The notes: a model not told the origin generated them from the letters alone. Shown: positions 50,701 through 64,000, counted from the stretch's first letter. The stretch is 64,000 nt of DNA from Macrostomum lignano (GCA_002269645.1 NIVC01002387.1:62001-126000), one strand, 5' to 3'. A program made the numbers and translations.

Positions 50701-52611
50701 CGGAAGAATAAAGAACCATTAGAACCAATTTTATCAGGCTATCCAAATCAAATTGTGCACGTTGACCACGCAGGGCCTTTCCCAGAGCAGGAGGGCAACC
50801 GTTACTTGCTGGTGCTAGTAGATAACTTTTCTGGGTATGTAGAGATCGTGCCTGTACCAGACGTCTCGGCCGCAACTACCGCCACAGTTATACTAACCGA
50901 GTGGATAGTTCGATATGGCACTATGGAGAAACTTGTTTCGGATAATGGCACGGCCTTCATAAATAAAACGGTAGCGGAGCTCACCAGACTACTTGAAATA
51001 GACATGGCACGTATCACCGCACACAGGCCGCAATCAAACGGTAAAGCGGAAAGGACCATACAATCAATCAAAGCGCAGATTCGTGCAATTTGCCTTGAAA
51101 AAAGAGTCAATTGGGTCTATGCAGCTCGTTTGGCCGGTCTTTCAATCCGGACGACTGTGGCCGAATCCACAGGCTGGACCCCAGCCAGGCTCTTTTTCGG
51201 TCGGGAACTTGTGCTGCCTCTAGACCTGCTGTTCAACCCGCCAAGGCACGACAGGTATGATCCAGACTGTTATGCACACAAGCTGCACAAACTATTGGTG
51301 GAGGTATCGGCGATCGCCCGCATGGAGCGAGGTAAGGCCCAACAGAGGCAAAAGCGGAATTATGATCGTAATACCATTCACTCCAACTTCGAAATCGGAG
51401 AACTGGTGTGGGTACTCAACCCCGACCATCGGGGATTAGACTCAGCCGTCTGGTTAGGGCCATAAAAAGTAGTTCAAAAGGTTTCTGAGCGAAACTACCG
51501 CCTCATTCCCGAATTCGCTCGCATCAATCCAATCTGCCAAACACCAAATCCGAGTCATAACATCTACAACGTAGACCGAATGAAGCGGTGTATCCGCAAG
51601 CAAACGTACCAAGATATCGCCGACCGGTTCGAACTCAGGGTCCCAGCTCTGATTCCACCTTCGAGATTAGGCCAACTGGATGATCAATCCGAGTCTCGCA
51701 GTGACTCCTGGGGTTCATCGGCCACTACCTGCAGTGAGCCGGAACCAGAAGCTGAAGTCCCCAACACACAGGATGACGAAGCGCCTGATCCACCGCACAC
51801 ATCAGCGCCTGATCCACCACACACACCAGCGCCTGATCCACCGCGCACATTAGCGCCTGATCCACCGCACACATCAGCGCCTGATCCACCGCACACATCA
51901 GCGCCTGATCCACCGCACACATCAGCGCCTGATCCACCGCACACATCAGCGCCTGATCCACCGCATCCACCAGCGCCTGATCCACCGCACACATCAGCGC
52001 CTGATCCACCGCACACATCAGCGCCTGATCCACCGCGCACATCAGCGCCTGATCCACCGCACCCACCAGCGCCTGATCCACCGCGCACATCAGCGCCTGA
52101 TCCACCGCACCCATCAGCGCCTGATCCACCGCACCCATCAGCGCCTGATCCACCGCGCACAGTAGCGCCTGATTTTCTGTGCACATCGTCGCCTGATCGT
52201 TTAGCACGAAACCAGTCGCCAAGCTTGCCTAGCGCTTTCGTAGAAGTGGCAGACTCGGGGAATCTGCAACAGGATTACCAGGTACCTGAAATTGGTGCAG
52301 AAGTGGAAGTACCGCAAAACAACACAGAAGAACAGCTGCCAGAATCTCCAGTCCATGAAAGCAGCACTACCATGCCTGCAATGGACGGCTTGCGGCCAGA
52401 AAGTCCAACGAGTGGCAGCCATTGTAGTCAAGAGACACCACCAGCGCAAGATACCGTGGATAGTGATAAAGTGGAAGCATTTCCAGCTGGTCCAGTCACT
52501 ACGCCGATTACGACGACCCGTTCCGGCCGTCTGGTGCGTAAGCCTCAGCGTTTCTTGAACACTATAGTGCGTCTGTGTTCGAGGAACGGACATTTAAGCA
52601 ACAGCGCCTAG
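47746..52611 (+). pseudogene. pol: Gypsy pol (PR-RT-RNase H-IN) interrupted by two frameshifts (about 47748 and 49339) and one nonsense codon (TAA 51463-51465)
   Basis: Protease HACLDSG (47763) is in the -1 frame. RT: WASPIVLVRKKDG, CIDYR, FSSLDL, YLDD. RNase H: FILDCDSS, NYCATMRELL, HVNADMLSR. Integrase: HHCC, VHVDHAGP, SDNG, NGKAER, and GP(Y>stop)KV. The terminal TRSGRLVRKPQRF motif is present. Confidence 0.93.
51781..52170 (+). repeat. In-frame 24 bp repeat (APDPPHTS)n in the post-integrase tail
   Basis: gcgcctgatccaccgcacacatca, about 16 copies. Confidence 0.93.
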
Positions 52612-52984
52612 CGTTTAACCTTAATGGGGCTTACTTGGGGTCATTGCTCACTACTAATGATTTTTAACTGACAAAAAAAACTTTTTAAAAAATCCAAAAA
52701 ATATTGAAATGGAAATATTCGAATACGACATGCAGCAGTCGTTAAAGTAACCATGAAAAGGTAAATTTGAGTTTTCAGTTTTCAGTGCTGGTGGTCTGCT
52801 TTGGTTTTCACACATATCGTTTGCCCTTGGCTGTGTTGCGGGCTATCGTTGCTGCAACGCTCTAAGCCTGGTGTGAAACTTTCCTAGCTTTCTTGTGCCT
52901 TTCCACCTTAGGTTCTTTTCTTTCGTCTTTGGGGGGGGGGGTTCTGCAGTTGTAGTTATTAGGGGGGGGGGGGGATCGGTCTCC

Positions 52985-53755
52985 TGCCAGCCACCATCGG
53001 CCGCCTGCCGGCTACCATCGGCCTCCTGCCGGCTACCATCGGCCTCCTGCCGGCTACCATCGGCCTCCTGCCGGCTACCATCGGCCTCCTGCCGGCCACC
53101 ATCGGCCTGCTCCTGCCGGCTACCATCGGCCTCCTGCTGGCTACCATCGGCCTCCTGCCGGCTACCATTGGCCTCCTGCTGGCTACCATCGGCCTCCTGC
53201 CGGCTACCATCGGCCTCCTGCTGCCTACCATCGGCCTCCTGCTGGCTACCATCGGCCTCCTGCTGGCTACCATCGGCCTCCTGCCGGCTACCATCGGCCT
53301 CCTGCCGGCCACCATCGGCCTGCTCCTGCCGGCTACCATCGGCCTGCTCCTGCCGGCTACCATCGGCCTCCTGCTGGCTACCATCGGCCTCCTGCCGGCT
53401 ACCATCGGCCTCCTGCCGGCTACCATCGGCCTCCTGCCGGCTACCATCGGCCTCCTGCCGGCTACCATCGGCCTGCTCCTGCCGGCTACCATCGGCCTGC
53501 TCCTGCCGGCTACCATCGGCCTCCTGCTGGCTACCATCGGCCTCCTGCTGGCTACCATCGGCCTCCTGCCGGCTACCATCGGCCTCCTGCCGGCTACCAT
53601 CGGCCTCCTGCCGGCTACCATCGGCCTCCTGCCGGCCACCATCGGCCTGCTCCTGCCGGCTACCATCGGCCTCCTGCCGGCTACCATCGGCCTCCTGCTG
53701 GCTACCATCGGCCTCCTGCCGGCTACCATCGGCCTCCTGCCGGCTACCATCGGTC
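52985..53755. repeat. 21/24 bp minisatellite (ccggctaccatcggcctcctg) in the retrotransposon 3' UTR
   Basis: Seen directly between the pol stop and the PPT. Confidence 0.93.
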
Positions 53756-54031
53756 TCCTTTGGCGTTTCGTTCGCTCGTATGTCTTAATTCACTTTTGAT
53801 TCCTTCTGACCGTTTGTCTCTCAATTAATTTTTCGCGAATATACAATAGTTATATTACTGAATGTTATATCGTTACTTATTGCTTAATCGATCGTCTACT
53901 GCTTTTATTCCCAACCAATATTTGTGGAGTTCGAGTACGCTCAAATAACAACTTTCGTTGACATTTTATTACATTTTAAGCCCTGTTATTTTCGAATTCA
54001 TAAGATCGCCAGGCCGTTCCCTAATTTTTGC

Positions 54032-54044
54032 GGAAAGGGGCGGA
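54032..54044 (+). promoter_or_regulatory. Polypurine tract
   Basis: ggaaaggggcgga immediately 5' of the 3' LTR. Confidence 0.8.
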
Positions 54045-54496
54045 TGTAACGTCGTCGCTTCTGTATTGAAAATGTTCAATTTCGTATTTATGGTTTTTGC
54101 AATTAATATTTAAAACTATATCTATTTTGGTCTAATGTTTGTAACTATTTTTTAGTTACTTTCATCATTTGGTTTAATTTTGTTTTTTCTATTTTCAATT
54201 AGTGCGGTTATTCAAATTTTGCTTCTTGATAGTTTTTGTGTATTGTCTTGCGCTCTGTGTGTTGGTCTTAGTTCCCGTAGGCTTGGTGGCATTAGCATTA
54301 TATTATCGTCTCAGATTACCCTTTGGTAAATAGTTGGCATTGCCATACTGCTTCTGACCTACTCACCATTATTCAGACTAGCAATTGAGTTGTTAAATTA
54401 ATAATACGTATATTGGCCTAGGACAAGATCAACACTCAGACTCAGCACACGCACGCGCATCGGTCCCATGTTCTCGAACTAAATAAACTCGTCACA
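54045..54496 (+). repeat. 3' LTR, 452 bp
   Basis: Direct repeat of 45223-45674, followed by the TSD attt. Confidence 0.97.
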
Positions 54497-56074
54497 ATTT
54501 GGAAGTGTTTTTTTATACATTTGAATCTGCTACATAATCATTCAATCGTTTCAGTGATTCCGGGACATCAAGTATAGCTTCTTTGATTAGAATTCAACTC
54601 AAGAGTTTCTACTCCACCCTGTAACCTTGGTATTTCATTTGATAGCTAAAGTTCACGAATCACGCATTTGGAAAACTCTCTTTAAAAAGCTTTTAAGTCG
54701 TCAGCCAATGTGCTCATCTCAAATTAGTACCTCAATATCCACGAAAACTCAATTTAAGTTGCGGAAAGAGACGTAAGAAAGCAAGAAAGCAAATATAGAG
54801 TACTATTTTTTTATTTAAACAATAAAAAACACAAATAAATATCTAAAATAAATACCTTACTCTCTGAAAATAACGTTTTGTTTATGTATGTGTATTCATT
54901 AGAAAAAATCCGGAAAATTAAAACTCATCTTTTTTATTACTTAACAGTTTGAATTTTTTTAAGAACGAAACTTTTACCCAGAGTAATAAATGTCACATAA
55001 TACGATATTTTAGCAGTTAAGTATGCACCCAAATAATATACTCGTTTTTTATTTTACATGCTTTCTAATTTCTATGGATAAGATACACATACAGCATCGA
55101 GCTAATTTATTTAAATGTTAAATGATTTTAAACGAAAAGCATACCATAAATGTAAAATACGTTGGAATACAGTGGAATACGGTGGTTTAGCTAATGACGA
55201 CTTGAGCAAAGAGTAGGGAAACCTCAGCTTGTTTCTTCGAAAACTTTTAAAGGGCTTTTATTATAGCGCGCTGTTTTGCGCGAAAATTATACTACGGAGA
55301 AAAATTTTATTTCTTTTTTCCTGCAAAGAATGTGTAAAGTTATACAAATATCATTTATAAAAAGTTTTGCCAAATCAATGAGCAATGTTATACTAAAAAT
55401 ATCAGCCCCTTCGATCTACTTCCCATAAAAAACATATGGCAATTTTTGTGCCTAAATACTTTAAATGTATTATGTACATGTGTACATGTAAAATACTTTA
55501 CACATGTACAAATGTACATGTACGTATCTCCGTAGTGTCTTTTAGGGAAATCCCAGCCCCAAAAATTTCTAAGAAGTTCCTAAGTTCTAATTCCTAAGTT
55601 CTTCCTAATTCCTAATTTGTAATTTGTAATTTCTAAGTTCCTAATTTCTAAAAAGTTCCTTCGACTTAAGTCGCCCTTTAGATCCTAGCTAGGTTCTTCG
55701 CATTACTGTAAATTGGTGCACGTAGTTTAGTATTTGTGCTTATACACTGATATCTTTAGCTGTTTATACACGTAAACGTACTCTATTGAAAACACCTCGT
55801 CACCAGAAAAATTACATACCTTAACACCTAAACATGTATAATTGTCTGTGCTTGAGAAGCTGCTTGAGCTTGTAAAAGTATATTATCTTTCAGCGTACAC
55901 ACGTCGTTATTCGTACATTACTAGCAATCTTTGCCCCCCGATGGGGGACATCTGGATAGAATCCTTGTTCTTTACAAATAACAAATAGACAGCAAAAAAA
56001 GCCTTCATAAAAAAACAACAGACATTCCCTCTTAAAAACAAAACATCCCAAGACAGCAAGCATCCTCAGACAGC

Positions 56075-56830
56075 ATTCAAGCATCGATCCCCAAATAGCA
56101 AGCATCCCCCAGACTGCAAGCATCCCCCAGACTGCAAGCATCCCCCAGACTTCAAGCATCCCCCAGATAGCAAGCATCCCCCCGATAGAAAGCAACCCCA
56201 GATAGCAAGCATCCCCCCGATAGAAAGCAACCCCAGATAGCAAGCATCCCCCCGATAGAAAGCAACCCCAGATAGCAAGCATCCCCCCGATAGAAAGCAA
56301 CCCCAGATAGCAAGCATCCCCCGATAGAAAGCAACCCCAGATAGCAAGCATCCCCCGATAGAAAGCAACCCCAGATAGCAAGCATCCCCCCGATAGAAAG
56401 CAACCCCAGATAGCAAGCATCCCCCAGATAGCAAGCATTCCCCCAGACCCCAGATAGTAAGCATCCCCCAGATAGCAAGCATCCCCCAGATAGCAAGCAT
56501 CCCCCAGATAGCAAGCATCCCCCAGATAGCAAGCATCCCCCAGATAGCAAGCATTCCCCCAGACCCCAGATAGTAAGCATCCCCCAGATAGCAAGCATCC
56601 CCCAGATAGCAAGCATCCCCCAGATAGCAAGCATCCCCCAGATAGCAAGCATCCCCCAGATAGCAAGCATCCCCCAGATACCAAGCATTCCCCCAGACCC
56701 CAGATAGTAAGCATCCCCCAGATAGCAAGCATCCCCCAGATAGCAAGCATCCCCCAGATAGCAAGCATCCCCCAGATAGCAAGCATCCCCCAGATCGCAA
56801 GAATCCCCCAGACAGCAAGCAAACCCTGAT
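56075..56830. repeat. Minisatellite, 18 bp unit (cccccagatagcaagcat) with variants
   Basis: Seen directly. Confidence 0.92.
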
Positions 56831-57074
56831 AGCAAGCATAACCTGGATACAAAGAGACCTTATAGATATCTAGCAACCCCCTCTCAGATAGCAAGTACTC
56901 TCCACCCCCAAGAGCAAGCATCCCCCTGATAGCAAGTATCCATCCTTAAATAGCAAGCATCCACCAGAGAACAAGTAGCTAGTGCAACAATTTCCTTAGC
57001 TTTATAATGGTTCCATTTTGTTTGGCATGACACTTCTTTTTATGTTTGAAATGGTGTCTCTTTTTTTAAAAAGG

Positions 57075-60030
57075 TGGCTCTTTAATGTTTGACATTGTGG
57101 CTCTTTAATGTTTGACATGGTGGCTCTTCTATATTTGTCATGGTAGCTCTTTTGTGTTTGACAGGGTGGCTCTTTAATGTTTGACATGGTGGCTCTTTTG
57201 TGTTTGACATGATAGCTCTTTAATGTTTGACATGGTGGCTCTTCTATGTTTGACATGGTAGCTCTTTTGTGTTTGACATGATAGCTCTTTAATGTTTGAC
57301 ATGGTGGCTCTTCTATGTTTGACATGGTAGCTCTTTTGTGTTTGACATGATAGCTCTTTAATGTTTGACATGGTGGCTCTTCTATATTTGACATGGTGTC
57401 TTCTATATTTGACGTGGTGGCTCTTTTGTGTTTGACATGATAGCTCTTTAATGTTTGACATTGTGGCTCTTCTATGTTTGACATGGTAGCTCTTTATTGT
57501 TTGACATGGTGGCTCCTCTATGTTTGCCATGGTGTCTCTTCTATGTTTGACATGGTGGCTGTTTTGTGTTTGACATCATAGCTTTTTAATGTTTGAAATG
57601 GTGGCTCTTTAATGTTCGACATGGTGGCTCCCTTATGTGTGACATGGTGTCTTTTTTATGTTTAAGGTTTGACATGGAGTCATATATGTTTGACATGGTG
57701 GCTCTTTTATGTGTTTTATCTCTTTTATGAGTAAACAAACAAGCTTTTTAATGTTTGACATGGTGGCTCAATAATGTTTTGACATGGTGGCTCAATAATG
57801 TTTTGACATGGTCTCTCTTTTATGTTCAATGTTTGACATGGAGTCACATATATGTTTGACATAGTGGCTCTTTTATGTTTGAGAGGGTGGCTCTTTAATT
57901 TTCACCATGATGGCGCTTTAATGTTTGACATAGAGACACGTATAGTATATGTTTGACATGGTGGCTCTTTTATGTTCGAAATGGTGGCTCTTTTATGTTC
58001 GACATGATGGCTCTTTTTTGTTTGGCATGGTGGCTCTTTTATGTTTGACATGGTGGCTCTTTTATGTTGACATGGTGGCTCTTTTATGTTCGACATGGTG
58101 GCTCTTTTATGTTTGACATGGTGGCTCCTTTTTGTTGATATGATGGCTCTTTTATGTTCTACATGGTAACTCTTTTATGTTTGATACGGTGGCTTTTCAA
58201 TGTCTGACATGGGGGCTCTTTAATGTTTGACATGGTGGCTCTTTAATGTTAGACAAAGTGGCTCTTAAATGTTTGACATGATGGCTCTTTTATGTTTGAC
58301 ATGGTGGCTCTCTAATGTTTGACATGGTGGCTCTTTAATGTTAGACAAAGTGGCTCTTAAATGTTTGACATGATGGCTCTTTTATGTTTGACATGGTGGC
58401 TCTTTAATGTTCGAAATGGTGGCTCTTTAATGTTCGAAATGGTGGCTCTTTTATGTTTGACATGGTGGCTCTTTAATGTTTGACAAAAAGTCACTTATAT
58501 GTTTGACAGAAAGTCACTTATATGTTTTACATAAAGTCACTTATATGTTTTACATAAAGTCACTTTATGTTTGACATGGTGGCTCTTTAATATTCTACAT
58601 TGTGGCTCTTTAATGTTCGACATGGTGGCTCTTTTATGTTTGACATGGTGGCTCTTTAATGTTTGACATGGTGGCTCTTTAATGTTAGACATGGTGGCTC
58701 TTTAATGTTCGACATGGTGGCTCTTTAATGTTCGACATCGTGGCTCTTTAATGTTCGACATGGTGGCTCTTTAATGTTCAACATGGTGGCTCTTTAATGT
58801 TAGACATGGTGGCTGTTAATTTTTGACATGGTGCCTCTTTAATGTTTGACATGGTGGTCCTTTTATGTTTGACATGGTGGCTCTTTTATGTTCGACATGA
58901 TGGCTCTTTAATGTTTGACATGAAGTCACATAAATTTTGGACATGGTTGCTCTTTAATGTTCGACATGGTGGCTCTTTAATGTTCGACAAGGTGGCTCTT
59001 TAATGTTAGACATGGTGGCTCTTTAATGTTCGAAATGATGGCTCTTTAATGTTTGAAATGATGGCTCTTTAATGTTTGACATGGTGGTCCTTTTATGTTT
59101 GACATGGTGGCTCTTTTATGTTCGACATGATGGCTCTTTAATGTTTGACATGAAGTCACATAAATGTTGGACATGGTGGCTCTTTAATTTTCGACATGGT
59201 GGCTCTTTAATCTTAGACATGGTGGCTCTTTAATGTTAGACATGGTGGCTCTTTAATGTTCGATATGATGGCTCTTTAATGTTTGACATGAAGTCACATA
59301 AATTTTGGACATGGTGGCTCTTTAATGTTCGACATGGTGGCTCTTTAATGTTCGACAAGGTGGCTCTTTAATGTTAGACATGGTGGCTCTTTAATGTTAG
59401 ACATGGTGGCTCTTTAATGTTCGACACGATGGCTCTTTAATGTTTGACATGAAGTCACATATATGTTAGACATGGTGGCTCTTTAATGTTCGACATGGTG
59501 GCTCTTTAATGTTAGACATGGTGGCTCTTTAATGTTAGACATGGTGGCTCTTTAATGTTAGACATGGTGGCTCTTTAATGTTAGACATGGTGGCTCTTTA
59601 ATGTTAGACATGGTGGCTCTTTAATGTTAGACATGGTGGCTCTTTAATGTTAGACATGGTGGCTCTTTAATGTTCGACATGATGGCTCTTTAATGTTTGA
59701 AATGGTGGCTTTTTAATGTTAGACATGGTGGCTCTTAAATGTTAGACATGGTGGCTCTTTAATGTTCGACATGATGGCTCTTTAATGTTTGAAATGGTGG
59801 CTTTGTAATGTTAGACATGGTGGCTTTGTAATGTTAGACATGGTGGCTCTTTAATTTTCGACATGGTGGCTCTTTAATGTTAGACATGGTGGCTCTTTAA
59901 TGTTCGACATGGTGGCTCTTTAATGTTTGACATGGTGGCTCTTTAATGTTTGACATGGTGGCTCTTTAATGGTCGACATGGTGGCTCTTTACTGGTCGAC
60001 ATGGTGGCTCTTTAATGTTTGACATTGTGC
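57075..60030. repeat. Long minisatellite, 23 bp unit (gacatggtggctctttaatgtt[t/a/c]), about 3 kb
   Basis: Seen directly; more homogeneous toward the right end. Confidence 0.95.
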
Positions 60031-60092
60031 TTTTTTGTGTTTAGCATTTTGTGTTTTTAAGGTTTTTGAATAAAAAAATCTTTTTGCACTAC

Positions 60093-60148
60093 TAAGATTC
60101 GAACCCAGATCGCTGCATTAGCAGTCCAATCTGTTCGCATCTATGCTA
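60093..60148 (-). mobile_element. tRNA-derived SINE-like fragment
   Basis: Minus strand ...attggactgctaatgcagcgatctgggttcgaatct has a tRNA-like anticodon arm and B box. Confidence 0.4.
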
Positions 60149-60805
60149 TCTCTTTTCAATTGGAGATCATGAATTGTGGCCCTTATAATTAAATTCTTAT
60201 AGCAAATCGGTTAGAGTAAAAAGTTATGACATAATCAATTTCTCAGTCAGCCAGTATCAGTGTCAATTCAAGTTAGCAATATTGTTACGCAATTTAAATC
60301 AAGTTTTGTGTGCATTTTTTCGGCACTGTTTTCAACTGGTTGTGATGTAATCTTTATCACAATTGGAATTCAGTCAGTCAGTTTTTTCTCTAGCATTCTT
60401 ACAATGCATTTCAGGTCGAAAGAGCTGCTTGACCTTTGCAAAAAAGCATGTTTTTCGAATATTTAATCCCTTTAATATTGAGCAATTTCTTAGCCAGGAT
60501 GCATGTACCGTGCCAGGAAAATTTCTGATCAAATGGTGCAAGTTTGAAGAAAATCGGTTGAGCCAATTTTTCTGAAATCTATCGCATACCGACAGACAAC
60601 TCATTTTTAGTATATTGGATACATCAACGGATATAACGTTGTCCATCTAGTATAACGGAGGGAGAAATAGCATTTAAGACAGATATTACTCGTAGTTCAT
60701 TATGGCTGAAGCTATACATGCACACAGCGTTGTTATTGAGAGTAAAATGGGAGCAGCGTTGCCTTAGGGTCAGTAATTCTGTCTATAAGCACCCCGGCCT
60801 TTCAG

Positions 60806-61481
60806 CTGCATCGTGTACCAGAGTAGCCGCGAGCAAGCCCGAGGTCCATGCAGCCCAGTCGATCGCCGTTATCCAGCAACTGCAGAAACCAATAGCCATT
60901 CGTTGCCAGAGGTAATTAAGCGCGGAATCTGAGTGGCCGAAGTGACCTACTCTATGCATGTAGAGAGTTACTGAGACGAGTGTCGAAGCGCATATAGTAG
61001 TCTTATATGCATTTATTGCAAAGCTCGCATTGGTCAACGGTTGTAGCCAAATTGGAACAAAATTTCATGATCAAACTTAACAGAGCAACAGGTTTCCTGA
61101 GTGACAGAAAAGTTTTACGTCAGCGAAAGCGCCTTGAAGGCTTTGAGCACAGCATGCAAATGCATTGGAAGCATCATCATTTATAATGCAGCGTGGTGTA
61201 TTCAAATGCGGCGATTTGTGAGCGCAATCGAATTTGTTCGCAGCGTCAGCTGTAGCCAGCAGCCGACTCCCACAGATGCCGCTGATGGCCAGCAGCATGA
61301 GCCGTTTCGACTGGTCTGGTCGCGTAGCATCGACAATCCGACTCGGTCGCAGTCGCGGTCGCAGTCGTCGTGCGCTTCAGTATGCGAGGTCATACCCGAG
61401 TACCGTCTGTTTCGCGAATTCTGCCGACCAGCCAGGCCGCTCAGTCACGGCTTCTTGCACAGGAACTACGAGCTGCATAGT
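60806..61481 (+). CDS. Two putative internal exons (60806-60911, 61244-61481) of an unrecognised gene, possibly Ig-like
   Basis: cctttcag|...CAG AG|gtaatt and tttgttcgcag|C GTC...CAT AGT|gtgagt join in phase. The translation includes KPIAIRCQS...PFRLVWSRS (Ig-like C...W spacing). Confidence 0.4.
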
Positions 61482-61599
61482 GTGAGTTCTTAATTAGCAA
61501 GATGGTTCATGTGTTCAATAGGCTTTTATCAGCTGTTGAAGCTCTATTATAGCGTTGAGGTCTGATTACTGTTAGCCAATGTTGATCAGTGCGTCAGAT

Positions 61600-61720
61600 T
61601 GATTAGCAGGTCAGATTGATCAGCAGGTCAGATTGATCAGCAGGTCAGATTGATCAGCAGGTCAGATTGATCAGCAGGTCAGATTGATCAGCAGGTCAGA
61701 TTGATCAGCAGGTCAGATTA
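61600..61720. repeat. 17 bp tandem repeat (gattgatcagcaggtca), about 7 copies
   Basis: Seen directly. Confidence 0.9.
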
Positions 61721-64000
61721 TAAGTCAGATAAGTAGGCCAGATTATCGCAGCAGGTGGAATTGTAAGTAAAAGTGTAGGTCAGTCTGTCAGTCCATACAG
61801 TCAGGAAATGGTTGTCAGTTAAAGGGTGAAGCTTTGTCGACGTACTATAAGATCTTAATGTAGTCTAGGAGCTATATTACAAATTCAATGTCAATTTTAC
61901 AGCGTTAATTCTTATATGAGTATTCACTCACAAGCCGAAAGCAATTAAAATGCAGTGCAACGTACAGTGTAGACGCTGATCACCAGGGAAGAAAGAACTG
62001 AAAGTAACATTCATGTACGAGCTAGAAACAAAATATACCGACTCGATTGATGACGCGAAGGGGGAATTTGGGAGGACTGCGGACTGGGCAGAACTGGGAA
62101 AAATAAAATCAAGAAAATGTTGATGACGACAACCACGGGTCTGGCAATCAATTTCCCGTCGGCTGCTCCCGCCCTCCCCTCTTCTCTCCTCGACCGATTC
62201 CACCAGTCTGCAGCCTCATCCCCGATCCCCCAGGAGGAATTTGGGGATGCTGAGCAGGCGGGCGGATGGAGGCAAAGCGGGGGGCTGAGGGCCTCGTGGA
62301 CTTTAAATATAGAAAGTAGCCGTCGAGTTTCAATCAAGATTGGGGAGCAAACTATTACAGAAAGCAAATGCTTCGCCTTCTCGGGTCTCACGATTTCATC
62401 TCAATCGAAATTATAATTTTTTCCGCGATGCTCTTTACCCAATCTGCTTCGTCCAGACTTGAAACATCAATATGAATATTGGAATTTGACACGCTCCATT
62501 CTGGCATAGCCGAAGTTTTTTCTGCACCTTTCCATGAATTACCTGCACAGTTTATCCAATAAGTAGCTTTTACGAGCGTATGTATGTACTTTTACGATTG
62601 CAGTATAAGTTGTTGTGTAAATTGTGTAAGTGTTGCAAAAACTTCAAAGACTACTTGAATTAAGCTGACAATGTCTTTTGGCTCAAAATTTATATGCACA
62701 AAAATTCGATGCACCTTGCAACGGTAATTTCTGCGCTGCGCCTTTTTAAACGAAGATCTGCATGCGCGTTTCCACTCCCCCAGACCGTTGAGACATTCAT
62801 GATTCTGCCAGAAGGTCTGATTTTTTCCATAAGCGCTACAGTAATTTGATCAGTACACGACCAGATGTTAATTATGAATACATGCACTCGTACATGTAGT
62901 AAATGTGACCTCGATCAGTGCGGCCTTTGTCAACCCAATTCATACTTCATCAGCGCCATGCTGACTTTGTTCATGGCCTCTGACATTCACCTTGGCGGAG
63001 CTGCTATTGATCTGAACCTACCGGTACATATAACAGCTGGATGAAACCATCAGACTATGGACTCTGTTGCGAATATGTTCGATTTGCGATATCGCTGCCG
63101 GTCAATTGACTTGGGGGAAAACCTGAGCTACTTGTGAATCCTCAACTCGTCTCTTCCAGCATTCGATCATGATGCAGTCATCATCCTGACGCCGTTAATT
63201 GGAAAGATTAAATAGGAAGGCACCATACACCAGGTGACAATCGAGTACCGATCGCGGGTGCAGAGCATCAACTCCGCTGATGTAAAGTCAGCGCGTGCGG
63301 TGTCAATCATGTACGCTCTGTGGATTTTTATTGCACAGGGGGCTCCCAGGGAATGGTCGTAACCGTTTCTGAGAGCGATCCATAGGGACTCCATCAACTC
63401 GACCTTCGATTACTTCAGCGAGATATTAGAGTTGCTTGAGAATGGTAAAATTGAAACTGTCAATGATCGATGCCATTCGCCTTCACTAAGTCTTCGAAAA
63501 CCCTTGAGACGAAATTGGCCGAGTCGACTGTCGTCGGTGCTGTTCGAGTTGAGAGATATCCAAAGAAGAGAACAACGCTCTTTGGGGCTCTATGATCGAA
63601 CGTCGCACTGAATAGAGGAAGACGAACTCTTGACTAAGAATGATTTAAGTGAAAATCTTTCTTATTAGAATGTTTAGAAAATAATCTATTTAATTTGTCG
63701 ATGTATAGTAATAGGCAGAACTAAACGCTATTAATTTTTTGCGAATAATCGACGCGTTGTGAGGTGTTGTAAGACAGGTACGTGTACACAGTAAGCCTCA
63801 ATCAAACAGTGTTACTTTTTTATGATAAGCATGTTTATTCAGCAAAATTAAATTAAATTAAGAAAGTAAGAAAGTATTTAGGACTTCTACCTGATTGAAA
63901 TAAAACAGGAATTCTTAATTAAATTAGAAATGATGAATCCTTACACTGCATACTAGTGTGTTTTAAAAAGGCCTATTTAAGGAGTTGTGCTGAACATAAT

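Larger units (their letters stand above)
45223..54496 (+). mobile_element. Full-length Ty3/Gypsy LTR retrotransposon, 9274 bp
   Basis: TG...CA LTRs at 45223-45674 and 54045-54496, 4 bp TSD ATTT on both sides, PBS, PPT, and gag-PR-RT-RNaseH-IN domain order. Confidence 0.97.

Noticed and set aside
55890-58096. GMLAIW, DACYLG and MSNIKEPPCQT repeat ORFs
   Set aside because: Translations of the 18 bp and 23 bp arrays; frames break wherever the units vary.
62011-63600. Several short ORFs and moderately GC-rich sequence at the window end
   Set aside because: No recognisable domain or consistent exon chain.

Overview
This is a eukaryotic, intron-containing, minisatellite-rich window from an invertebrate. 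Its GC-rich exons, long intronic minisatellites and the style of the Mab-21 gene resemble the flatworm Macrostomum lignano, but the organism is my inference. Genes I can reconstruct with phase-consistent GT-AG junctions or by clear family motifs: (1) a two-exon secreted prepropeptide carrying 21 copies of GYYWPGMWNF between KK/KR sites; (2) an intronless hnRNP C/RALY-type RRM fused to two BCL11-like zinc fingers; (3) an intronless RPL35; (4) a seven-exon mind bomb (mib1) E3 ligase; (5) a stand-alone CNPase-type 2H phosphodiesterase domain; (6) an internally deleted THAP/P-element-like ORF; (7) a five-exon Mab-21/cGAS-like receptor with a degenerate catalytic motif; (8) an F-box/LRR gene. A complete 9.3 kb Ty3/Gypsy element with apparently identical 452 bp LTRs and an ATTT target-site duplication sits just upstream of the F-box gene. 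Its Gag carries a cold-shock-like domain right after the CCHC knuckle. There are also about 15 tandem-repeat arrays, a probable MITE, tRNA-derived SINE fragments and a few orphan exons. Most long ORFs in the six-frame track are artefacts of stop-free repeats. All family assignments come from motif recognition by eye; no database search was run.
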